From assembly GCA_036378375.1 (NCBI GenBank), contig DASUWQ010000242.1, forward strand, positions 1 through 55,746: 55,746 nt of DNA, in the 5' to 3' direction. How positions within the stretch are numbered: position 1 is the first letter of the stretch; the number at the start of each line of letters is the position of its first letter. A model generated the notes under the pieces. The model worked only from the letters and a program-made list of their open reading frames with translations, was not told where the DNA came from and did not search any database. Below, piece by piece: positions 1 through 8,279 of this stretch. Origin of the DNA: Chthoniobacterales bacterium (GTDB lineage: Bacteria > Verrucomicrobiota > Verrucomicrobiia > Chthoniobacterales > JAFAMB01). The position numbers and the translations under genes were made by a program.

Positions 1-55
1 CCAAACAACGCCATTCCTGCGGTAGAACATCGACGGCTTCGCTGCAACGCCGGGT

Positions 56-81
56 CTTTCGGGAGCCTCGCCCCACCAAAG
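56..81. repeat. Single arm of the GGGAGCCTCGCCCCACCAAAG dispersed repeat family
   Basis: CTTTCGGGAGCCTCGCCCCACCAAAG matches the arms at 19810-19890 and 40803-41084. The partner arm would lie left of the window. Confidence 0.6.
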
Positions 82-93
82 ATTTTGCGCTAC

Positions 94-1929
94 CTAAACC
101 TCGACCAGCTGCTCTACTCTCACCGCGACCGGGAGGTCACAGAAGAACTCGGTCAGACCATTAAGCTCGCTTTTTACCCCGATGCGGCCGTCGTGCGCCT
201 GGACGATCTGCCGGGCGATGGATAGGCCCAGGCCTACACCGTCCCGGATACTTTGTTTTTCGGACCGATAGAACTTATCAAATACCTTGGCTTGCTCTAG
301 ATCGGACAATCCGGGACCGCGGTTGGTCACACTAAAGCGGACGAATTGCTCGCTTAGTTGTTGGACCCGGAGGTCGACCTGCGTACCAGGGAAACTGTAC
401 TTGAGGGCATTCGATAAGAAGTTGGTAAGCACTAACGAGATGCGGATGCTATCAACCGACACTTTTGGCAGATCCGGCGCCACATCCAATTCCAGCTGCA
501 GCGAAGATTGATCGAAAAATTCCAGGAAATGATCGTAAGCCTCTTGCGCTAATTGAGCCGGCGAGACCGGGACAAGATCCAAGAGGTCCTGCCCGCTTTC
601 CATCCGAGCCAGATCCAAAATGCTCTTGAGCGTTTTGAGCAACCGCTCACATTCATTACAGCCCGTCATCACCAATTCCTCTTGTGAGCTCGACAACTTG
701 CCCGTGCGTTGCTCGAGCAAAAGATGGAGGACCAGTCGGATGCCGGTCAACGGCGTCTTGATTTCGTGACTCAACGTCGCCAGCAAATCGGTTTTGACTT
801 CGTCTAACCAGCGGAACCGCGTCACATCCACCAGCATCACCGCGCGCCCCGTGAATGTTCCGTCCTCGAGGATAACGGGAAAGATTCGGGGCAAGAAATA
901 CGTTTCCTGTTCGTTGATTCTGAACAGCAAAGCTTGCTTGAGATCGTCCAGCCGATAATCGGTACCGCCTCGGGAAACGTCTACTAGCCGGCGTTTGACT
1001 TGGGACGGTAAATCGCTTCCGGCGCCCAGATTCGTCATGAGACTTTCCGCAGCCGGATTCATCCGGGAGATGCGATCGTGTTCGTCCAGGATAAATAGAG
1101 GATAAGGCAACGTAGTGAGCAGAGCCCGGATAATTTGGTTTAACTCGATGAGTTTACGATCCGTTTCCCGATAGAAACTGCGGAGCTCCTGAGCCATGCG
1201 ATTGAACTCATTGGTGAGCTCACCGAGTTCATCCCGGCTCTGCACCGGAAGGAGATTCTCGAATTCCCTGGAACGCAGATCTCGAATCGAGTGGGTCAAT
1301 CTCCGGATCGGATCAATTAGCGAACGCCCGAGCCTGGCGTAGGTGAAAATGAAAACGATGATGGAACTCACCATCGCAATTAATAGAAGCCGGATCGAAT
1401 CCGCTGACTTGCGGCGCGCCTCCTGGTTGGCCTCCAACATCTGCTTTTCATTAATACTCAGGATGTTTTGGCTCAGGTTCGTGATCTTGAGAGTCAGCTC
1501 CGGAATCCGAGCCCAAGACTCGTGGATCGCAGGGTCATGAGCGAAATATTGGCGGAACGTTTCCCGATAAACGCTGATGTAATCCGTGATCGCTTGCTTT
1601 AACTCGCTCACCAGTTGCTTTTGTTCCGGATCCTTCGCGTTCCGCTCCAGGATCGGAATGGCAGCCTGGAAATCCTTTTCGGTTTTATCTAACGGCCCAG
1701 TCTGGTCGTAGGGCAAGGTTGGCCGGTCTATTCCGCGAGAGTAGAAAATGTTAACCCGAGCGGTACCCACCCGCATGGAAGAGCAGGCGCGGATACTGTC
1801 GTAGTTGTTGCACAAAACCTTGTCGACGGCGCGTCCAAGGTCATTAAATAGCCAGACCCCGTAGACCCCTACGGTCAGCAAAATGATCAGCGTGGCCAGC
1901 AGGCCGAGTGTGAGTCGCCAACGCAGCAT
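94..1929 (-). CDS. Sensor histidine kinase (TM, HAMP, PAS-like, HisKA, HATPase_c)
   Basis: Long ORF with N-terminal TM segment, H-box LSHEIKTPLTGI, N-box NFLSNALKYS and G-box GVGLGLSIARQIV. The ORF-track start at 1950 is TTG; the first ATG (MLRWRL) is at 1929. Confidence 0.9.
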   Translation of the reverse strand: MLRWRLTLGLLATLIILLTVGVYGVWLFNDLGRAVDKVLCNNYDSIRACSSMRVGTARVNIFYSRGIDRPTLPYDQTGPLDKTEKDFQAAIPILERNAKDPEQKQLVSELKQAITDYISVYRETFRQYFAHDPAIHESWARIPELTLKITNLSQNILSINEKQMLEANQEARRKSADSIRLLLIAMVSSIIVFIFTYARLGRSLIDPIRRLTHSIRDLRSREFENLLPVQSRDELGELTNEFNRMAQELRSFYRETDRKLIELNQIIRALLTTLPYPLFILDEHDRISRMNPAAESLMTNLGAGSDLPSQVKRRLVDVSRGGTDYRLDDLKQALLFRINEQETYFLPRIFPVILEDGTFTGRAVMLVDVTRFRWLDEVKTDLLATLSHEIKTPLTGIRLVLHLLLEQRTGKLSSSQEELVMTGCNECERLLKTLKSILDLARMESGQDLLDLVPVSPAQLAQEAYDHFLEFFDQSSLQLELDVAPDLPKVSVDSIRISLVLTNFLSNALKYSFPGTQVDLRVQQLSEQFVRFSVTNRGPGLSDLEQAKVFDKFYRSEKQSIRDGVGLGLSIARQIVQAHDGRIGVKSELNGLTEFFCDLPVAVRVEQLVEV

Positions 1930-1972
1930 GGATTGTTGAATAATCGTCAATGATTATTCAACAATCCATGCT
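1925..1972. repeat. Perfect 21-bp inverted repeat with 6-nt spacer overlapping the kinase start codon
   Basis: AGCATGGATTGTTGAATAATC GTCAAT GATTATTCAACAATCCATGCT read directly. The ATG at 1927-1929 (minus strand) lies inside one arm. Confidence 0.85.
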
Positions 1973-2105
1973 ATGACGCAATCCTGCGGCTTCCGCCGCA
2001 CGATTGCGTTACAAACTGATATTCAATGGTATTCAACATGGGTTATGCCGACAGGTTCTTAAATCAAGCCAAGGGGCAGACGTCCTCGTCTGCCTCTTGG
2101 CTCAT

Positions 2106-2153
2106 AGCCTGCATCGCGGAAAAATGGCTAACCATTTTTCCGCGATGCAGGCT
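2106..2153 (-). repeat. 22-bp-stem hairpin abutting the response-regulator stop codon (AGCCTGC...GCAGGCT palindrome family)
   Basis: AGCCTGCATCGCGGAAAAATGG CTAA CCATTTTTCCGCGATGCAGGCT. No U-tract follows on the minus strand, so it is not a canonical intrinsic terminator. Confidence 0.8.
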
Positions 2154-3508
2154 TACTGCAGATTGAGCCGCTTCCGTTTCCGGTACAAGGTCGCCGGGTC
2201 TATCCCCAAAGTCTTCGCCGCCGCATCCAGGCTGGATGCCCGTCCCAAAATGCTACGGATATGAGCTTCCTCCAACGCTTCCAGACTGACATCGCTTCCG
2301 ATTGAAATCCTGGCGTCGAGAGGCGCTGGTGGATTTTCCGGTATAAACCTTTCACTGAGAAAATCGTCGGGCGATAAGATAACCCCTCGTTCAATCGTGT
2401 TTCTCAGTTCTCGAAGATTACCAGGCCACCGATAACTGTTGAGTCTCTTTAACGCACCATCACTAAACGCCAATCGGGGCCGCCCTAGCTGGCGAGAAAA
2501 GAATTCGAGATACGATTTAGTGATCCGCTCTAAGTCATGGAGTCGCTCCCGCAGAGGCGGGATCCGAACCGAGATCACGTCGAGCCGATAGTAAAGATCT
2601 TCGCGGAAACTCCCGACTCGCACTCGTTCTTTTAGGTCGTTATTGGTTGCCGCAATGATCCTGGCATTCGTAACCCGGATCTTATGTTCACCGACCCGCT
2701 CGTACTGCCGTTCTTGCAGTAAACGCAGTAACTTCGGCTGGATCTCCAGGGGCAGTTCGCCAATTTCGTCGAGGAACAAGGTTCCACCCTCCGCAGCCGC
2801 GACCTTGCCCCAGGTATCTCTAATCGCGCCCGTAAAAGCGCCTTTCACATGCCCAAATAGTTCGCTCTCGAGCAACTCGCGAGACAGGCTAGGGCAACTT
2901 ACGGTAACAAAAGGCGCGTCTCTCGCTTCGCTGCGGTCATGAATGGCCCTTGCCAAAACACTCTTGCCCGTGCCGCTCTCCCCCAACAAAAGGATGGCCG
3001 CTTGGGTCGGCGCAGCTTTGAACAAAATTTCGATCGCCGATTTCATGGCCGGGTCTTCCGAAGAAAGATCGACGCTCGGATTCTGGCGATCGATCTCGCG
3101 CTGCAACTCGACGATCTTGGTTTCAAGCTTCCGCTGTTTTTCGACCCGGCCCAAGATTTGACGGAGGTTCTCGGGAGTAAAAGGCTTCTCCAGGTAATCA
3201 AAGGCCCCCTTCTGCATCGCGGTTACTGCAGAAGCCACTGATGCGTAGGCAGTAAAGACCACGACTTGGACTTGAGGAAATGTTCGTTTGATGTCTTCGA
3301 GAACTTCGAGACCGTCTTCATCCCCAAGCCGAAGGTCGAGAAAGACGAGATCGTAAGCATCCTCCTGCAATTTCAGGAGACCAACCGCTTTGCTGTCAGC
3401 ACCTTCGGCAACATGTCCCTCAGCTCGGATAGCAATGACGGTGGAACTCCGGATTGCTTTTTCGTCATCAATAATCAGCGCTCTCATGAAATCCGGCTTT
3501 TCGATCAT
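2153..3508 (-). CDS. NtrC-family sigma-54-dependent response regulator (REC, AAA+, Fis-type HTH)
   Basis: REC domain (LIIDDEK, FLDLRLGDEDG), Walker A GESGTGKS, a verbatim GAFTGA motif, and C-terminal HTH AAKTLGIDPATLYRKRKRL. An alternative ATG at 3487 gives MRALIIDDE. Confidence 0.92.
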   Translation of the reverse strand: MIEKPDFMRALIIDDEKAIRSSTVIAIRAEGHVAEGADSKAVGLLKLQEDAYDLVFLDLRLGDEDGLEVLEDIKRTFPQVQVVVFTAYASVASAVTAMQKGAFDYLEKPFTPENLRQILGRVEKQRKLETKIVELQREIDRQNPSVDLSSEDPAMKSAIEILFKAAPTQAAILLLGESGTGKSVLARAIHDRSEARDAPFVTVSCPSLSRELLESELFGHVKGAFTGAIRDTWGKVAAAEGGTLFLDEIGELPLEIQPKLLRLLQERQYERVGEHKIRVTNARIIAATNNDLKERVRVGSFREDLYYRLDVISVRIPPLRERLHDLERITKSYLEFFSRQLGRPRLAFSDGALKRLNSYRWPGNLRELRNTIERGVILSPDDFLSERFIPENPPAPLDARISIGSDVSLEALEEAHIRSILGRASSLDAAAKTLGIDPATLYRKRKRLNLQ

Positions 3509-3691
3509 CGTTTTAGCAATTTTTGAGCCTAAGTTGTAAGTGTCTTATTTACAGCGAATTAACGAAATCGCATTGCTTCAAGATACGTAATATGCAATCG
3601 AAACACCCTAATCTCGTGCAAATTGCATTGACAGCAAAGCCGGTTTATTCGAGCGGCCACCCATGACAGGGTGCGGCGAGACCGCCCAGCG

Positions 3692-3974
3692 CCTGGAGGG
3701 GAGCCGCTTTTGACCGCTGCCAGACCGCTGGCGTGTTCGCGCAAAAAATCGTGGCACCCCCCGACGGCCAATTAGCAGGCGGCTCCCGGGAACGTCGCGA
3801 CGTGTGGTTGCGCGGAAGATTTCGGATCGTTGAGACCAACGGAAACGCTGCAGGTCGTGGCGGCATCAGGAAGCGCTCGCGGGAGCCGCCCGCCAACACA
3901 CGCTGAGCACTGATAAACGCGATGTTTTAAAGGCGGGTTTAAACTCAGGACGATCAAAAGCGGCTTCCCTCCAG
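3692..3974 (+). repeat. 283-bp nested-inverted-repeat element, copy A (family CCTGGAGGGGAGCCGCTTTTGA)
   Basis: The outer inverted repeat is CCTGGAGGGGAGCCGCTTTTG with CAAAAGCGGCTTCCCTCCAG. The inner inverted repeat is AGCAGGCGGCTCCCGG with GCGGGAGCCGCCCGCC. It has the same 22-nt left end, and the same 82-nt offset to the inner arm, as copy B at 27977-28253. Confidence 0.8.
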
Positions 3975-4046
3975 AGCGCTGGGCGAGTTCACCCGTCGCT
4001 CCGTCATTTGTCATTTGTCATCTCAATTTGTCATTCCCCCCTGGCC

Positions 4047-4841
4047 TCACTCCTTCAACGTTTTGTCGATCCATTCTGCGGTTTGGGAGAACACGCTTTG
4101 GACTTGGACATTGATTGGTTCGCCTTCGCGGCTCGTTCCTTCCGGCAAAGTAACGTGAGCGCGTACTCTCACTTCGCCAATCTGAAGAATGTGGTCTCCT
4201 TTAAGGATCGCGTGTTGGCCCGGGGCAACGACTTGATTATCCACGCGGACAATAGAACCAGGATCAGGCGGCAGAACCGCTACCCAATGACTACCGGCGT
4301 TTTGGAAGCGCACGGGTCGCGCGGAAACCCCGGGCAGATCCGTAAATAGCTCAGGTCCTAAAGATCCTTCAGTGCCAAGGGTATCACCATCGGCGCAAGC
4401 GAAGACTTTATCGCCGACCAGGATATCAAGTTGCGCGGTTTCATTTGGCATGCGCTCTGGCATCGGCGCTACCGGAAGGCTCGATCGGAATTTGCCACCG
4501 TACGATTCAAAGATTTCCCGAAAACCAATGACTCCGAAAGTCTCTTCGATCTCAGCGCTTGAGTTCACCACGCAAAGGGTACCGCCTCTGGCCCGCACTC
4601 GTTTTGCCATCGACAGCAATGAACGAAGTATCACACTGCTCACGAAGGAAACGCCGGAGAAATCGATGGCCAAATCGGTCACACCTTTGGTGAGTAAGCG
4701 TTCGACCCAAATGCCCAATTCCCGGTTAAACCGACCAGCTACTTCATCATCAAGCCGCCTGCTGAAAACCAGTACCGGCCGCCCATCTGCAATTTCGACA
4801 GCAACTTCCATAAGATCGATTGGATTCGTAAACCTATGCAA
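4047..4841 (-). CDS. STAS (anti-sigma-antagonist-like) domain protein with C-terminal FHA-like domain
   Basis: The N-terminal half has a SpoIIAA/STAS-like pattern (VLVFSRRLDDEVAGRFNREL..., DFSGVSFVSSVILRSLL, GGTLCVVNSS). The C-terminal half has an FHA-like pattern (GVSARPVRF..., VRVDNQVV, LKGDHILQIGEVRV). Confidence 0.6.
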   Translation of the reverse strand: MHRFTNPIDLMEVAVEIADGRPVLVFSRRLDDEVAGRFNRELGIWVERLLTKGVTDLAIDFSGVSFVSSVILRSLLSMAKRVRARGGTLCVVNSSAEIEETFGVIGFREIFESYGGKFRSSLPVAPMPERMPNETAQLDILVGDKVFACADGDTLGTEGSLGPELFTDLPGVSARPVRFQNAGSHWVAVLPPDPGSIVRVDNQVVAPGQHAILKGDHILQIGEVRVRAHVTLPEGTSREGEPINVQVQSVFSQTAEWIDKTLKE

Positions 4842-4848
4842 AAAAAGC

Positions 4849-4864
4849 GGGCACGGAGATTGAT
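4849..4864 (+). promoter_or_regulatory. Weak candidate sigma-54 (-24/-12) promoter upstream of the export operon
   Basis: GGGCACGGAGATTGAT against the consensus TGGCACG-N4-TTGCW. The GG is present with correct spacing, but the -12 element is TTGA rather than TTGC. It lies 82 nt upstream of the ATG at 4946. Confidence 0.3.
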
Positions 4865-4945
4865 TTTTTTACACTTGTTTCGATCGGAGGCTTCTGCCAA
4901 AACGGCGATGAGGTATAGCTCTGACCCTCGCTCTTAACACCTGCT

Positions 4946-7012
4946 ATGGAATCGTTTCATTATCGCCTGACCAAGTTGAATGGTTTGTGCTTCAGTTTCT
5001 TAGCAATCCCGGCTTTGATCGGCTCTCAAGTGACTCTGGTAGTGGCCGGGCAAGCTCAAACTACGCCGGCCATTCCACCAGCGATACTGTCGCCGACTCC
5101 AACCTCAAGCGCACCCATGGAACTTCCTCAGCATGGAGGCACGCGCAATGAGATACAACCATTGATCCCGACTGGGCAGTTACCCTCGCCAACTCCATCG
5201 CCAACTCCATCGCCAAGCCCGACCGGCCCAGGCGGAAACGGTGAGATAGTCGGCGGTATCACCCAACAGCAGGCGGAGGAGTTTGATCGAAAATTCGAGT
5301 CCGCGCTTTCAGTAGTTAAGCTCGCGCCGCCGGGTCTGTTCTCCCTTTCGTTGCTTGACGCGGTGAGAATCGCGCTTGTTCAAAACAAAGATTTGCGATT
5401 GTCGTCAGAAGATTCGCAATCGGCTAAAGGCACACTTCAGCAGAAGGTAGGCGATTTCGACACCACGGCGCTAGTGATCGCTAAGTACGCCCACTCTATT
5501 CCAGCGGAAGCCAATAATACCGCTCTGGATAGCAATCAGCAGATATTAAGCTCGGCGTTGCCGTCGATCTTTCATTCCCTTGGAATCCCGGCCAGTAGCT
5601 CGACTATTAACAGCGCGATCACTCAAGCCGTTCAGAGCCAGGAACTAAAGGCAACGGACTCGATCGATACCCAGGTTTCCTTGAGCAAAAAATTTCGCAA
5701 CGGGGTCGACATGTCCATTCAGTATCAACCGATCTGGGTGGATCAGGCCGGCAACAACAAATATCCTCCGACTACCAATCGAATTGTGCTCACCGCTAAC
5801 ATTCCGTTGTTCAAGAAAGCCGGCGTCCTTTACAACGACGCGGAAGAGATTGGGGCGCGCATCAACTACGAAAGCAAGCTGCTGACGCTAAGGAACCAGG
5901 CTCAGAAGTCGGCGTCAGACACGGCCCAAGCGTATTGGGGGATGGTAGCCACTTTGGAAAAATTCGCGTTGCAGGATCGCGCCTATCGAGTCGAAACCCT
6001 TCTGGAAGAGTTGTCTAAGCAGATGGCAGAGGGAGGCGGAGTTCCTTACAGTGAGGTCACTTTAGCGGAGGGTCGTCGCTCACAGGCATTCGCCCAACGG
6101 ACACAGGCATTGGTTTCCGTTTATAATGCCGCTAAGACACTCGCGATCACCATCGGTCTGAAAAGCGACCAACTGCGCAGGTTGCCGCTTGCATTTCAAT
6201 CTTTCCCCACTGTAAGCGAACATCAGCCAAGAATTCTAGACACGGATGCATTAGTGGACACGGCCTTGGCTCGGCGGCTGGATCGAGCTGCTGCCTTGGA
6301 GACAATCAGGTCAAAACAAGTGAGCTTGGCCAAAGCTAGGGAAGATCTCACGATAGCCCCGAGTTTAACCACCGGAATCGGGACTGACATCAACAACGAA
6401 AAGCTTACGAGCTCTAGCGGCCAGAGCCAAAGAGGTACCAAGCTTGGTTTGGATCTGTCCCTCGAAGCCCAGTTGGCATGGCCATTCGCCAATAACAGTT
6501 CCAAGGGTGGCGTAGTGCTGGCCTTAGCCGACCTAAATCAGGCGATCATCCAGCTGGACGATCTTTCCACTACGATCGCTGCCAGCGTGACCGCTAGTGC
6601 AGACACCATTCAGGAATTGGGTTCGGATGTTGAGACTCAGCTTAAGGCGGTGGCTGCGTTCAGAAAGTCATTTAACGACATGCGGGAGAAGTTTCGCCGA
6701 GGTGCAACCACCATGTTTGAGACGATCCAGTCGGAAGAGCAGCTAACGACTGCCGAAACTCAGCTGGTCGATTTCCGTTTAGCTCTGGCGAACGCCATCG
6801 TAGACTTAAGATATGAAACGGCGACCTTGTTATCCCAAGGAACCGTGCTGCGGGTCCCCGGATTTCCGCAAGGAGTCGAACAGGCGAATATAACCGAGGA
6901 CGCTTTCGAGACCGTCCCCAATGCGAAGGAGCCGGTAGGCCCAGCTTTGAAGGACCGGAACTATGAGCCAAACATCAAATACATCTCAGGCCGCCCCCCC
7001 TGGCACCAGTAG
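4946..7012 (+). CDS. TolC/OEP-family outer membrane efflux protein with Pro/Ser/Thr-rich N-terminal linker
   Basis: Signal-like N-terminus, a PSPTPSPTPSPSP linker, the OEP-type motif LSLLDAVRIALVQNKDLRLS, and two-repeat coiled architecture. It sits at the head of the HlyD/ABC operon. Confidence 0.75.
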   Translation: MESFHYRLTKLNGLCFSFLAIPALIGSQVTLVVAGQAQTTPAIPPAILSPTPTSSAPMELPQHGGTRNEIQPLIPTGQLPSPTPSPTPSPSPTGPGGNGEIVGGITQQQAEEFDRKFESALSVVKLAPPGLFSLSLLDAVRIALVQNKDLRLSSEDSQSAKGTLQQKVGDFDTTALVIAKYAHSIPAEANNTALDSNQQILSSALPSIFHSLGIPASSSTINSAITQAVQSQELKATDSIDTQVSLSKKFRNGVDMSIQYQPIWVDQAGNNKYPPTTNRIVLTANIPLFKKAGVLYNDAEEIGARINYESKLLTLRNQAQKSASDTAQAYWGMVATLEKFALQDRAYRVETLLEELSKQMAEGGGVPYSEVTLAEGRRSQAFAQRTQALVSVYNAAKTLAITIGLKSDQLRRLPLAFQSFPTVSEHQPRILDTDALVDTALARRLDRAAALETIRSKQVSLAKAREDLTIAPSLTTGIGTDINNEKLTSSSGQSQRGTKLGLDLSLEAQLAWPFANNSSKGGVVLALADLNQAIIQLDDLSTTIAASVTASADTIQELGSDVETQLKAVAAFRKSFNDMREKFRRGATTMFETIQSEEQLTTAETQLVDFRLALANAIVDLRYETATLLSQGTVLRVPGFPQGVEQANITEDAFETVPNAKEPVGPALKDRNYEPNIKYISGRPPWHQ

Positions 7013-8279
7013 TAACGGCGCCAGCGAACGAAGCATCTTTCGGAGAGCCGCCCTCGAGCGCCTATCCTCGCCCGAACAACTTGATTACTTAATGTCGATT
7101 ACGTCGCCGGCCGGCTGGCTGGCGGTCTCGGCGTTAGGAATAATCCTGTTCCTGATCCTACTCTGGGGTTTTCTGGGTAGAATTCCGGACACGGTTACGG
7201 GAAGTGGAATTCTAATTCGGGGAGGTGCCGTGTACGATGTGGCCGCTGCCAACGACGGGTTTGTCACCCAAGTCCTGGTCAAACCCGGGGACGAAGTTAC
7301 CACCGGTCAGATCGTGGCTACGATGAGCCAGTCCGAATTGGAGCTGAAAATCAGGACCCAGGAAGCGCAGCTTAAGCTTTTACAGGCGCAAGACGCGGAT
7401 ATGACCGCAAGAGAAACTAAAAGTGATAGCGCTGCGATTACCGACTACGAAAAGGAAGAGAATGCCATGGAGGCGGCCCAAAAGAGTTATAAGGTTCAGA
7501 TTGACGCTGACCAGATCGAGTTCGACAACCAGTCAAACCTTCTCCAAAAAGGATTAACTACCCAGGCATCGGTAAACAAAGCCAGAGACGCTCTTTATGC
7601 GGTCCAATTACAGGCGGCCGATACGCAAGTAAAGATGAGCGAGATCCGGACCAGTGAGATTAAACTGGTCCGCGAAACCCAAACCCAGCGGAACGCGCGT
7701 CTTAAGGAAATAAATCAAAGCTCCTTGGACTTGAATCAATCCCGAGAAGAACGGGATGCCGGTACTAAAGTCATCTGCCGTTACAGCGGCCGGGTGATTG
7801 AAAAGCTGGTGGAAAGAGGATCTCCCGTCAGCTCCAAGGACAGAATCGTTACGATAGAGGCGGAAGATGCCAAAATGGAGGCGGTCATTTACGTACCAGC
7901 CGGACAAGGAAAAAAGGTGATACCGGGACAGGAAATCCAGATTTCGCCTTCGACGGTGAAGGCGGAGGAATATGGGTTCATCCTGGGAAAGGTTTCAAGC
8001 GTCTCCTACTTTCCGAGCACGCCGGACGGAATGAAAGTGGTTTTACGAAACGACGAACTGGTTAAGGACCTCACATCAAAAGGCGCGCCAATTGAAGTAA
8101 CCGCCGAGCTTTATCCTGACTCGACCACCAAGAGCGGCTACAAATGGTCGTCGTCACAGGGGCCGCCCACAGGTATTTTCAGCGGCACGTTAGCCCAAGC
8201 ATCGATTGTGGTTGAGCGTAAGCCCCCGGTCGAGTTCGTCATTCCAAAAATCAAAGAGATTCTGGGAATCAAGAATTGA
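6963..8279 (+). CDS. HlyD-family membrane fusion/secretion protein (NHLM bacteriocin system secretion-protein type)
   Basis: N-terminal FRRAALERLSSPEQLD followed by a single TM, a long coiled-coil middle and a beta-barrel C-terminus. It overlaps the upstream OMP gene by 50 nt. Confidence 0.85.
   Translation: MSQTSNTSQAAPPGTSSNGASERSIFRRAALERLSSPEQLDYLMSITSPAGWLAVSALGIILFLILLWGFLGRIPDTVTGSGILIRGGAVYDVAAANDGFVTQVLVKPGDEVTTGQIVATMSQSELELKIRTQEAQLKLLQAQDADMTARETKSDSAAITDYEKEENAMEAAQKSYKVQIDADQIEFDNQSNLLQKGLTTQASVNKARDALYAVQLQAADTQVKMSEIRTSEIKLVRETQTQRNARLKEINQSSLDLNQSREERDAGTKVICRYSGRVIEKLVERGSPVSSKDRIVTIEAEDAKMEAVIYVPAGQGKKVIPGQEIQISPSTVKAEEYGFILGKVSSVSYFPSTPDGMKVVLRNDELVKDLTSKGAPIEVTAELYPDSTTKSGYKWSSSQGPPTGIFSGTLAQASIVVERKPPVEFVIPKIKEILGIKN

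Noticed and set aside
3559-4014. Three overlapping minus-strand ORFs (70, 84 and 80 aa)
   Set aside because: They lie wholly within or across nested-inverted-repeat element A. Their open frames are a by-product of GC-rich palindromic sequence, and no protein motif was seen.
5186-5220. Tandem CCAACTCCATCG repeats encoding PSPTPSPTPSPSP
   Set aside because: This is a short in-frame Pro/Ser/Thr linker near the N-terminus of the OMP, a common low-complexity spacer with no independent significance.
6474-6489. TGGCATGGCCATTCGC, a sigma-54-like hit
   Set aside because: It lies inside the OMP coding sequence, and the -12 element reads TTCG rather than TTGC.
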